Assembly: GCA_964588525.1 (NCBI GenBank)
Contig: CAZPQC010000002.1
Coordinates: 9,721-73,720, forward strand
From: an uncultured Spirochaetaceae bacterium
GTDB lineage: Bacteria; Spirochaetota; Spirochaetia; SZUA-6; DRHE01
Length of the DNA stretch: 64,000 nt
Reading direction: 5' to 3'
Under the pieces are notes generated by a model that saw nothing but the letters and a program-made list of their open reading frames with translations, did no database searches and had not been told where the DNA came from. How positions within the stretch are numbered: the first letter of the stretch is position 1; each line of letters opens with the position of its first letter. The position numbers were made by a program, and so were the translations under genes. Below are positions 44,941 through 53,428 of this stretch, one piece after another.

Positions 44941-45987
44941 ATGAGCCAGGTGCTTCAATGGATTTTCAGCAATAATAACGATCAGCAGGAGGGGTTCGAA
45001 TCCGGAAACGGGGGCTCCCGGATAGGTGCACAGCCCAGCGATCAGGAGCTGCTGGATGCCTACTCCAGGGCCGTGACCAAGGTGGTGGAGACCGTCGGTC
45101 CCTCCGTGGTTGCCATAAGCATCCGCAAAAACACGGGCGGCGGCCGAGCCGGAGCCGAGCCCGGTGGAGCGGGTGCCGGATCCGGGGTGATCATCACTCC
45201 GGACGGATTCGTTCTGACCAACAACCACGTCGTGGAGGAAAGCGACGGTTTGGAGGTGTCCCTGACCGACGGGCGCACCTTTGCCGCTCAGGTGATCGGC
45301 GCCGATCCGCCGACCGACCTGGCGGTGATCCGCCTTTCCGACGGAAGCCTGCCCGCTTCCGAGCTCGGAGACTCGGACAAGTTGAAAGTCGGGCAGCTGG
45401 TGATCGCCATCGGCAATCCACTGGGGTTTCAGAGCACCGTGTCCGCCGGAGTTGTTTCGGCTCTGGGCCGGAGTCTGCGGAGCCGGAGCGGGAGATTAAT
45501 CGACGGGGTGATCCAGACCGATGTTGCCCTGAATCCGGGCAATTCCGGGGGTCCTCTGGTGGACAGCCGTGGACGGGTGGTCGGGATCAATACGGCAATG
45601 ATCTACATGGCCCAGGGGATCAGCTTCGCCATCCCCATCAATACGGCCCGCTGGGTGGTGACCGAGCTGGTGATGCACGGGAAGGTGCGCAGGGCCTACC
45701 TGGGGATCGGCGCCCAGTCCCGCCCCGTGAACAGACGGATCCAACACACTTTGGATCTGAGCAATCCCGCCGTGGTCGAGGTCATCAACATCGAGAAGAA
45801 CGGTCCTGCCGAGCGGGCCGGCCTGGAACCCGGTGACTACGTCTTCGCCCTGAACGAGAACCAGGTGGGCACGGTGGATGATCTTCACCGTTTGTTGAGT
45901 AAGTGGCCTCCGGGAACGCCGCTGGACATCAAGCTGCTGCGCCGGGGCCGGGTAGAGGTATTCCGTATTATTCCGCGGGAGGGTTAA
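44941..45987 (+). CDS. HtrA/DegP-like trypsin-fold serine protease with one PDZ domain
   Basis: The triad contexts TNNHVV, DLAVIRL and GNSGGPL are present, with a C-terminal PDZ. No obvious signal peptide. Confidence 0.85.
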   Translation: MSQVLQWIFSNNNDQQEGFESGNGGSRIGAQPSDQELLDAYSRAVTKVVETVGPSVVAISIRKNTGGGRAGAEPGGAGAGSGVIITPDGFVLTNNHVVEESDGLEVSLTDGRTFAAQVIGADPPTDLAVIRLSDGSLPASELGDSDKLKVGQLVIAIGNPLGFQSTVSAGVVSALGRSLRSRSGRLIDGVIQTDVALNPGNSGGPLVDSRGRVVGINTAMIYMAQGISFAIPINTARWVVTELVMHGKVRRAYLGIGAQSRPVNRRIQHTLDLSNPAVVEVINIEKNGPAERAGLEPGDYVFALNENQVGTVDDLHRLLSKWPPGTPLDIKLLRRGRVEVFRIIPREG

Positions 45988-46045
45988 CCGCGGGGGCGGT
46001 AGCCACGGACAGGCTGTATAATGCCGGTCCGCGTTTTCAGCCGGT

Positions 46046-46279
46046 TCAGTCCCAGAGCGGGACGGACTCGACGCTTTTCACCTCCGGAATCGAGTCTTTG
46101 AGCCGGCGCTCGATTCCCTGCTTGAGGGTCAGTTGGGCCATGGGACAGCCGCCGCAGGCGCCTTTCAGCTTCACCTTGACGACGCCGTCAGCGGTCACCT
46201 CGACCAGCTCGACATCACCGCCGTCGGCCTGTAGGGCAGGGCGTATATCCTGCAAAGCCACTTCGACTTTTTCGCGCAT
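46046..46279 (-). CDS. NifU C-terminal-domain (Nfu-type) Fe-S scaffold protein
   Basis: 77 aa with [12 protein letters not shown] and a CGGCPMA motif. Confidence 0.85.
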   Translation of the reverse strand: MREKVEVALQDIRPALQADGGDVELVEVTADGVVKVKLKGACGGCPMAQLTLKQGIERRLKDSIPEVKSVESVPLWD

Positions 46280-46327
46280 CGTGTACCTCCATGATTGCGG
46301 GGCGTTTTCCGTTTCATCCGCGGAGTA

Positions 46328-46978
46328 CTATCCGCCGGATGAATGCACCACCGCCAGTCTTTTTGCAGCCTCGGTTCGTAGAGCACCTTCAGCACGCTTA
46401 TGCGCCTCAGGACGGGCCAAAAGCCGTGCATCGTGCACCACATCGAACTCAGGCCCCCTCTCCGATGGATCCCGATCGATAATGCGACGGATCTTTTCGA
46501 TATCTTCGCGCATCAAACCGGAACGAATCAGAATCTCTTTAGCGGTTCGAAAGCCGTCAGAGGCTGTCCCGCCGTCGATATTCTGTAATATACTAGCCGG
46601 AATGACAATATGCCAATCCGCTTTTTCTTCCTTCAATATCTCTTCGCTCCAGGTGAGAACCGCTTCGGCCTGTCGGATTTGCTCTTCGTCTTGATCCCAC
46701 TGCTCCCGCATCGCCTCCAGCAGCCTGCGGCGCAGCCCGACGGCCCGGTTCTTCAGGTAGCGATCGTAGGCTTCCTCCCCCACGCACTCCTGGGCGAACT
46801 TGCACCACTCCAGGCAGCTCATATACCCATCGCGAAAAACCGCCCGCCCGCAGTTGGAGCACACGCCGCGGATCTCGTCGGTCCAGATCTCCACCTCCTC
46901 TCCGCAGGAGGGGCAGTCGAACATCTCCGGTTGGGGTTGTCTGAGGATTTTTGCTCCAGGGCAGAACTGATGATCCAT
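46328..46978 (-). CDS. Zinc-ribbon protein with a degenerate HD-like C-terminal domain
   Basis: The N-terminus reads CPSCG...CSNCG plus CLEWCKFAQEC. The C-terminal helical domain has LQNIDG where HD-domain proteins have LHDIG. Confidence 0.7.
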   Translation of the reverse strand: MDHQFCPGAKILRQPQPEMFDCPSCGEEVEIWTDEIRGVCSNCGRAVFRDGYMSCLEWCKFAQECVGEEAYDRYLKNRAVGLRRRLLEAMREQWDQDEEQIRQAEAVLTWSEEILKEEKADWHIVIPASILQNIDGGTASDGFRTAKEILIRSGLMREDIEKIRRIIDRDPSERGPEFDVVHDARLLARPEAHKRAEGALRTEAAKRLAVVHSSGG

Positions 46979-47041
46979 GATTAGAATATAAGCAATTCAA
47001 TCAGAAATTGCATTGACCTGAGTCAACTCTTCCCCGCGGGT

Positions 47042-47071
47042 TTGACGCGGGTTGATACACGACAATATAAT
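47042..47071 (+). promoter_or_regulatory. Sigma70-type promoter placing the transcription start at or near the ATG at 47078 (possible leaderless mRNA)
   Basis: TTGACG (47042-47047), an 18-nt spacer, then TATAAT (47066-47071). The in-frame ATG lies 7 nt downstream and has no SD. Confidence 0.4.
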
Positions 47072-47077
47072 CATGAA

Positions 47078-47665
47078 ATGTCGGTCGTTGGGATCCTGCA
47101 GAAAAACAGGGGGACCAGAGCGATAATCCACTCCATAGAGCGTAGAAGAGCCGAAAGGATATTGGAACAAATAGAGCCCTTTCTTAAAGATGCGACCTCA
47201 ATCGTGGATATTGGTGCCGGACCTTGCGTAATATCCGAAGTGTTAATGGCAAGGTCATACGATATTATCCCAATCGACATTCAAGATAATAGCTTCTCCG
47301 ATATGGTGAGCGCGATACTTTACGACGGGAGAAGGATTCCGTTTAAAGACGATCTGTTCGACGTTTCCTTGCTCTTGCAGGTCCTTCACCATACTGCGAA
47401 TCCCGGCACGTTGCTCGAAGAGGCCAGGCGCATCAGTGGACGTATAATCGTCTTGGAGGATGTGTTCACGAATTTGATTGAAAGATACACAACCTACATG
47501 GCGGATAGTCTTCTGAATTTCGAGTTTAGAGGCCATCCCCATTCCAACAAGCAAGATTGCGAGTGGCAGAAACTATTCGCGCAGCTCGGTCTCAGGTTGA
47601 TATATACTCAGAGGTTCCGAATGTACGGTGTGTTCAATACTGTACTTTATGTTCTAGGCGGGTAA
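47078..47665 (+). CDS. Class I SAM-dependent methyltransferase
   Basis: Motif I (VDIGAGPCV) and an acidic post-I residue (IPIDIQD) are present. The gene looks low in GC. Confidence 0.8.
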   Translation: MSVVGILQKNRGTRAIIHSIERRRAERILEQIEPFLKDATSIVDIGAGPCVISEVLMARSYDIIPIDIQDNSFSDMVSAILYDGRRIPFKDDLFDVSLLLQVLHHTANPGTLLEEARRISGRIIVLEDVFTNLIERYTTYMADSLLNFEFRGHPHSNKQDCEWQKLFAQLGLRLIYTQRFRMYGVFNTVLYVLGG

Positions 47666-47716
47666 ATGCCCACTCCTGAAGTCTCAAGAGAAATATAGGA
47701 GGCGAGGAGGGATATT

Positions 47717-48922
47717 TTGGCAAGGGCGGTTTTTCTGTCAATTCCCGCATATGGCCATATCAATCCGACATTGCCCATCGTCTCCGGCTTGGTAGCCGGG
47801 GGTGAACAGGTGATCTACTACACAGCGCCTGCATTTGCTGAAAAGATCGGCGTCACCGGGGCTGAAATACGGATCGTATCTACGGTCTTCGACAGGCTCA
47901 TAGAGGAAGCGGCCATGACCAGAGGCCGGAACGCTTTTTCGGTTGCCGCAGCAGTGATGGAAGCATCTGTGTCAATTCTGGGCAGGATCCTCGATAGCAT
48001 ACGAAGAGAGAAGCCTGATTACATAGTTCATGATTCGTTGACGATATATGGCCAGGCTGTCTCAAGACTGCTCGATATTCCCGCAGTCTGTACGGTCCCC
48101 ACTGTCTGCTGGGGCGGGGGCGGCGTAACGGATGTTCCGATCTGGTTCGCCCTCAATATGGTTCGACAAGGTCTCGGCACAGTCCACGAAATCGCCAGGT
48201 ATTACGCTTTTTCCCGTCGCTTGAGAACTCGATACGGTATCGATTTTGGCTGGCCCTTGCGGGTCTTCTCCAGCTACGAGGAGTTGAGCATCATCACTAC
48301 ATCGCGGATATTCCAGCCCAACGCCGACAAGCTTGATCGGCGGAAGTTCCTCATAGCGGGGCCCATGCTCGCCAGGGCAGAGGAGGGGTCGTTTAAAAAG
48401 CAAGGCGACGGGAAACTCGTCTATGTGTCCTTGGGAACTGTATACAACAATGATCCGCGCTTCTACACTGAATGCTTCAAGGCTCTGGGTGATATGGAGT
48501 ATCGGGTACTGGTAGCTACGGGTACGGCCATCAGCAACCGGATCCTCGGAAATGCCCCTCCGAATTTCCAGCTGGTCTCCACGGTGCCTCAGCTGCGGGT
48601 GTTGCGCGATGCCGCGGTGTTCGTCAGCCACGGAGGGATGAACAGCGTCAATGAGGCCTTATATCAGGGTGTGCCCATGGTTCTGGTGCCGAAAGCCCTC
48701 GACCAGTTTATGAACTGCAGGAGAATCGCAGAGTTAGGCGCCGGTATCTACGTAAAACGGCCGAACGCGGAGAATCTGCGAAAGGCGGTCGAGCGCATCT
48801 TGATTGAGCCGGATTATCAAAGGGCGGCGCAGAGGCTCTCCGTGCAGGTCCGCGCGGAGGCGAGCGTGGAGAAAGCCCTTGACGCAATTGATGGATTTAA
48901 ACGTTCCCGAGGCATCGGTTGA
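47717..48922 (+). CDS. GT1-family UDP-glycosyltransferase (MGT / macrolide-glycosyltransferase-like)
   Basis: It has an N-terminal PAYGHINPTLPIV motif and a C-terminal HGGMNSVNEALYQGVPMVLVPKALDQ donor-binding signature. The start is TTG, with a GAGGAGGG SD upstream. Confidence 0.85.
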   Translation: MARAVFLSIPAYGHINPTLPIVSGLVAGGEQVIYYTAPAFAEKIGVTGAEIRIVSTVFDRLIEEAAMTRGRNAFSVAAAVMEASVSILGRILDSIRREKPDYIVHDSLTIYGQAVSRLLDIPAVCTVPTVCWGGGGVTDVPIWFALNMVRQGLGTVHEIARYYAFSRRLRTRYGIDFGWPLRVFSSYEELSIITTSRIFQPNADKLDRRKFLIAGPMLARAEEGSFKKQGDGKLVYVSLGTVYNNDPRFYTECFKALGDMEYRVLVATGTAISNRILGNAPPNFQLVSTVPQLRVLRDAAVFVSHGGMNSVNEALYQGVPMVLVPKALDQFMNCRRIAELGAGIYVKRPNAENLRKAVERILIEPDYQRAAQRLSVQVRAEASVEKALDAIDGFKRSRGIG

Positions 48923-48943
48923 GTCTCAGAAGCGGGAGGAGCC

Positions 48944-49645
48944 ATGGATCGTACGATTTCGGCAGCGGCGGCGCGGAAGCTGATGCAGCGGGCACTACTA
49001 TCGGTTGATCCTAAGAAGAGCATAGCGATCAAGCGGGACGTTCATGAATACCGGGTGGGAACGGATGCCGGTCGCTTCGCCGATGCCTTCCGTGCGGTCA
49101 TGACCGATCCTGAAGGGGATTTCGGGCTCATCAGAATCAAACGACCGGCCGAGCGGATGGGGAAGGATTACCAAATCGGTGAGCGTTTCCAGGGCTGCTA
49201 CAGTCTGGAGAAAGCACTCCTTGCCGCGGTGTCCTGTCCGTGGGTTAAACGGCTGGCAGCGTTTGTCCTTGCCCGTAAGACGATGCGGAGGCTCATAGGC
49301 TGGCTCGAGGATGAGCTGATGAGCGACTATGCCATCATCGACGAGTTGATACTTTCACCCGATGCCGCGCTCGGTGAAGTTCACGCCTTACGCTATCTCT
49401 ATCTCAGAGGAACGCCGATCGCCGGATCAAGCACTTTTTACATCGAACCAAGTGGATCGTGTTGCTGTTTGGTTAGGCAGATATTCGAGTTCCAAGAAAT
49501 TAATTGTATCGCCCTAACGGTCTTTCAGCGTGCCGGATTGAAAATGCACGATCAGGTCGTTCACATGCAGATTCTCAAAGCTGCGATTCGGGCGGGTGCT
49601 CCGCCCCCGGCCGGGACGATCCCTGCTGTCTATACGCAGTTCTAA
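48944..49645 (+). CDS. Hypothetical protein with no recognised family
   Basis: 233 aa, following the glycosyltransferase after a 21-nt gap. Its 3' end overlaps the convergent malQ ORF by 71 nt. Confidence 0.6.
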   Translation: MDRTISAAAARKLMQRALLSVDPKKSIAIKRDVHEYRVGTDAGRFADAFRAVMTDPEGDFGLIRIKRPAERMGKDYQIGERFQGCYSLEKALLAAVSCPWVKRLAAFVLARKTMRRLIGWLEDELMSDYAIIDELILSPDAALGEVHALRYLYLRGTPIAGSSTFYIEPSGSCCCLVRQIFEFQEINCIALTVFQRAGLKMHDQVVHMQILKAAIRAGAPPPAGTIPAVYTQF

Positions 49646-51209
49646 TCTGAGGACAGCGGCCGTACAGTCGGCTGAGCTCGCGGAGCCTGCCGATGATCTC
49701 TTCCGTGATCATATCCTTGGTGAATCGCCACTGCCAATTGCCTCCGCTGCGGCTGGGGACGTTCATCCGGGCGACGCTCCCCAGTTTCATCGCATCCTGC
49801 AGGGGAATCACCGCCGTATCGGCCGCTGAGGAGAATGCCAGGCGGATCAAGTCCCAGACTATATCATGCCCATCCCGGCCTATATAGCGGCGAACCTGGT
49901 CCTGTGCCGCCTCGCTTTCCCGCTGGTACCATCCCAGGGTCGTATCGTTATCGTGGGTCCCGGTGTACACGACGCAGTTGGGCAGGTAGTTGTGGGGCAA
50001 ATACTCGTTGTCGGCATCCTCGTCGAAGGCGAATTGGAGAACCTTCATCCCGGGAAAACCGAAGCGATCACGGATCTTTTCCACCGGGGGGGTAATAACC
50101 CCGAGATCCTCGGCGATCAGGGGCAGGTCGTCGAAATCCTGTTTGAAAGCCTGTTTGAGGGCGGTGAAGAAATCCTCAGCCGGTCCCTTGACCCAGCGTC
50201 CTTTCACGGCAGTCGGCTCTCCCGCCGGCACTTCCCAGTACGCCTCGAATCCGCGGAAGTGATCGAGCCTTAAGCTGTCCACCAGGCGCAGGCTGGCCCG
50301 GATTCGTTCGATCCACCAACTGTACGCCGTCTCCTTGTGCAGCTTCCAGTTGTAGAGGGGATTTCCCCACAGCTGGCCGGTGTCGCTGAAGTAGTCCGGG
50401 GGAACCCCGGACACGAAGGTGGGCGATCCTTTTTTATCGAAGTAGAACAGCTCCTGGTTGGACCAGGCATCGGCACTGTCGTAGGCCACGTAGATGGGAA
50501 GGTCTCCGATGATGCGGATTCCCCGATCGGCGGCGTAGCGCTTCACAGTATCCCATTGACGGAAAAACAAAAACTGCTGGAATTTCTGCTGTTCGATCTC
50601 ATCGGCTACGGTTCGTCGCCAGCGCTCCAGCGCCTCCGGCTTGCGCCGGATCAGCTCAGCGGGCCAGCTGCTCCAGGCACCGGTCAGACCCTCGGCCTCG
50701 AAGTTTCGCTTCAGGGCCATGAAGAGGGAGAAATCCTCCAGCCAGGGGCGCTCCCGCTCGCAGAAAGAGTCAAAGGCCTGTTGGGTGGCGGAATCGCCCT
50801 GCCGTTTCCAGTGGGAGTGGGCGCTCTTGAGGATATCCCTCTTGAAGGCGAACACGCTTCCGTAGTCGATCTGCTGTCCCGGGAACTCCGGGGCACTCCT
50901 GAGGTGCTCCCGCGTCAAGAACCCCTCCCGTTCCAGCTCCTCCAGGTCGATCAGCAGGGGGTTGCCCGCAAAGGAGGAGAAGCTCTGATACGGTGAGTCC
51001 CCGTACCCGGTGGGGCCCAGGGGCAGCACCTGCCAGATGCACTGTTCACTGGCTTCAAGAAAGTCCACGAAGGCCAGGGCTTCCCTGCCCAATGACCCGA
51101 TTCCGTAGGGGCCCGGCAATGAGGTTGGGTGAAGCAGGATCCCGCTGCGGCGAGGATTGTTTTTTCGGTGGGTCGCCCAGTCTCGGATCGACTTGTCGCC
51201 TTCAGCCAT
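49575..51209 (-). CDS. malQ: 4-alpha-glucanotransferase (amylomaltase)
   Basis: Motifs GILLHPTSLPGPYGIG and GDLPIYVAYDSADAW are present. I chose the ATG at 51209 because an AGGAGG SD lies upstream. About 26 aa extend beyond the usual LYGR end. Confidence 0.9.
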   Translation of the reverse strand: MAEGDKSIRDWATHRKNNPRRSGILLHPTSLPGPYGIGSLGREALAFVDFLEASEQCIWQVLPLGPTGYGDSPYQSFSSFAGNPLLIDLEELEREGFLTREHLRSAPEFPGQQIDYGSVFAFKRDILKSAHSHWKRQGDSATQQAFDSFCERERPWLEDFSLFMALKRNFEAEGLTGAWSSWPAELIRRKPEALERWRRTVADEIEQQKFQQFLFFRQWDTVKRYAADRGIRIIGDLPIYVAYDSADAWSNQELFYFDKKGSPTFVSGVPPDYFSDTGQLWGNPLYNWKLHKETAYSWWIERIRASLRLVDSLRLDHFRGFEAYWEVPAGEPTAVKGRWVKGPAEDFFTALKQAFKQDFDDLPLIAEDLGVITPPVEKIRDRFGFPGMKVLQFAFDEDADNEYLPHNYLPNCVVYTGTHDNDTTLGWYQRESEAAQDQVRRYIGRDGHDIVWDLIRLAFSSAADTAVIPLQDAMKLGSVARMNVPSRSGGNWQWRFTKDMITEEIIGRLRELSRLYGRCPQIRTAYRQQGSSRPGAEHPPESQL

Positions 51210-52434
51210 TGGTTCCTCCTGACAGTGTATCCCGGAGTGCCTGTTGCAGGGCATCCAGAAAGCGCTCCATACCCTCCGGATTGCCGCCCACACCCTGCCA
51301 GCTCCTGCCCTTGCCCCCTCCCTTGCCGTCGATGAGGGGGAATAGCCCGGGGAGGATTTGCTTCCAGGGCAGATCCAAATCTTCGCTGCAGCCGATCCGC
51401 CATTGGACATCACCATTTCGACGGTGCAGTATGCAGGCCACGGTCTTGGGGTGATCGAGCAGGTTTTGGTAGACGACCTGCACGGAGGAGCTCTCATCCG
51501 AGGAAAAGCTCTCCAGTATGACCCGAACATCGTTGCAGGTCTCCGCCCGTTCCAGCAGCTCCTGAACCCGCTGTTCCGCCAAGGAGCTCTCCAGCTGGGA
51601 GATGCGCTGTTCCCGCTCGCGCAGCCTGTTCCTCAGATCCTGAACCGAGGCCAGGATATCCTCGGTTCCGCAGGTCAGCTCCCGGTTCAAAGCGGCGATC
51701 AAGCGGTCCTTGTCCCGGCTATCCCGGTAGGCCCGCTCCCCGATCAGCCAGTGCAGGCGCAGGCGGCCTCTGATTTTTTCCAGCCCGTCGTATTTGATCA
51801 GACCCACTTCGCCGGTGGTGGCCACGTGGATTCCGGCGCAGGCCGCCGCATCGACCCCTTCGATCTCGACGATACGAAGACGCTCCACATCCGGGGGAGG
51901 TTTTCGCAAATGGTAGCGCTCCGCCTCCCGCGGGTGGATCCAGTGGATCCGAACCGGCAGATTCCGGGTCACTCTCTGATTGGCCAGTGCCTCCGCCGCC
52001 TCGATCTCCCTCTCCTGAATGTCATCGGTGTCGATTTCCACCGCGGTGTAGCGTTCGCCCAGATAGGCTGATATGGTGGGATAACCTGCGGCTTCGATCA
52101 GGCTGGCGGAGACGATATGCTGTCCGGTATGCTGCTGCATGAACTCGAAGCGCCTTGCCCGGTCGATAGTGCCCTCCACCACCGTTCCCTTCACCGTTTT
52201 TCCCTCCGGAAGAGGCTCCGCAAGGTAGTGGCGTATCTCTTCCCCCTTTTTCTGCACGTCCAGGACCGATAGACCATTCAATGCCCCCCGATCGGCCGGT
52301 TGGCCTCCTCCCTCGGGGTAGAAGGCGGTCCTGTCCAGGACGACGGCCCAACGGCTTCCTTCCTGCCTCTGCTGCAGCACTCGGGCTTCGAAGCGGGATA
52401 AATGGGGATCGGTGTAGTACAGTTGCTCGGTCAT
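51202..52434 (-). CDS. alaX: Alanyl-tRNA editing protein (AlaX-L type: AlaRS second-additional domain plus DHHA1)
   Basis: The HTGQH and CAGIH zinc motifs are present, with a C-terminal GGGKG DHHA1-like region. Confidence 0.85.
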   Translation of the reverse strand: MTEQLYYTDPHLSRFEARVLQQRQEGSRWAVVLDRTAFYPEGGGQPADRGALNGLSVLDVQKKGEEIRHYLAEPLPEGKTVKGTVVEGTIDRARRFEFMQQHTGQHIVSASLIEAAGYPTISAYLGERYTAVEIDTDDIQEREIEAAEALANQRVTRNLPVRIHWIHPREAERYHLRKPPPDVERLRIVEIEGVDAAACAGIHVATTGEVGLIKYDGLEKIRGRLRLHWLIGERAYRDSRDKDRLIAALNRELTCGTEDILASVQDLRNRLREREQRISQLESSLAEQRVQELLERAETCNDVRVILESFSSDESSSVQVVYQNLLDHPKTVACILHRRNGDVQWRIGCSEDLDLPWKQILPGLFPLIDGKGGGKGRSWQGVGGNPEGMERFLDALQQALRDTLSGGTNG

Positions 52435-52437
52435 ATT

Positions 52438-53352
52438 TTAGATCTCCGGGAGGCCGTTCAGCGCGGCTTCCGCCCTCCAGCTTACTAAATATTCAGCCTT
52501 TTGCCAGGCCTCGGGACGTTTAAGGGGCTTGGCTCGCAGAAGCGGCGAGTCCAAAACCTGCCACCGGCCCTCGATGCCGGCTGTTTCCATGGCCAGATCG
52601 AAGTGGGCCATGGCGATACCCATGTCGATGCGCTGAAGATCGGTCTGTGTGATCGCCTGATAGCCGGGAAAGCGCTGCAGGCAGAAGTGCATCATCTCCC
52701 CCTCTTTGAGGCAGCGCCAGGGCTGTCTGTTGGAGGCGGAAGGTGCAAGCCGGACCATTTCCAGGGCCGTGGCGAATTGCCCGGCCCGATTCTCGGATAG
52801 AGGCGCCGCGGTTTCGGCGTCGTAGAACAGCTCGGCCCAGGATTTTCTCCGCTTCGAGCCGGCGCCCCAGCGGATCACCCGATCGACAAAGCTTCTCTGC
52901 TTTGTCGGAATACCTATCGGGCTGACCGCGGGCAGGATCTCCTCCTCCCGCAGGTCCATGGCCTTGGCAAAGCGGCTGCGGGTAAAGCTTCCTCCCAGCC
53001 AGCAGCTGCCCAGGCCCAGATCGGTCACCTTGAGCAGGAGCAGTTCGAACAGATAGCCGAAGTCCTCCAGGCTGAATCCACCCGACCCGGTTGCGCCGGC
53101 CAGATAGGTCCGGGCGCCGCTGATGGTCCCGTAGGCTCCCACCCGCTCACCCTGTGCACCACTACCGACGTGGTTGTCGATCAACCGGAAGCGGCAGACG
53201 CCGCCGAAAGGTCCTTTTTGCGCGGCCTGGCAGCAGCGCTCCAGTTCCTGCCGGGCCTCCCCGGCCACCACCTCAGCGTTGAACCGCCGAACCGAGGTCC
53301 GAGCCCGGATCAGATCTGGGGGGGATTGGTTGTAGGAAATAGGGATAGACAC
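52438..53352 (-). CDS. Nitroreductase-family protein
   Basis: It contains RTSVRRF and the family core. I prefer the GTG at 53352 because the ATG at 53478 would overlap the divergent rarA start region. Confidence 0.75.
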   Translation of the reverse strand: MSIPISYNQSPPDLIRARTSVRRFNAEVVAGEARQELERCCQAAQKGPFGGVCRFRLIDNHVGSGAQGERVGAYGTISGARTYLAGATGSGGFSLEDFGYLFELLLLKVTDLGLGSCWLGGSFTRSRFAKAMDLREEEILPAVSPIGIPTKQRSFVDRVIRWGAGSKRRKSWAELFYDAETAAPLSENRAGQFATALEMVRLAPSASNRQPWRCLKEGEMMHFCLQRFPGYQAITQTDLQRIDMGIAMAHFDLAMETAGIEGRWQVLDSPLLRAKPLKRPEAWQKAEYLVSWRAEAALNGLPEI

Positions 53353-53428
53353 GCTTCGTTCTCCCGGGTGGTGATTATTAAGAATATAAAAGAGGGGGAT
53401 GCCCTCTGAATAGCATTTTCTTTGTCCG

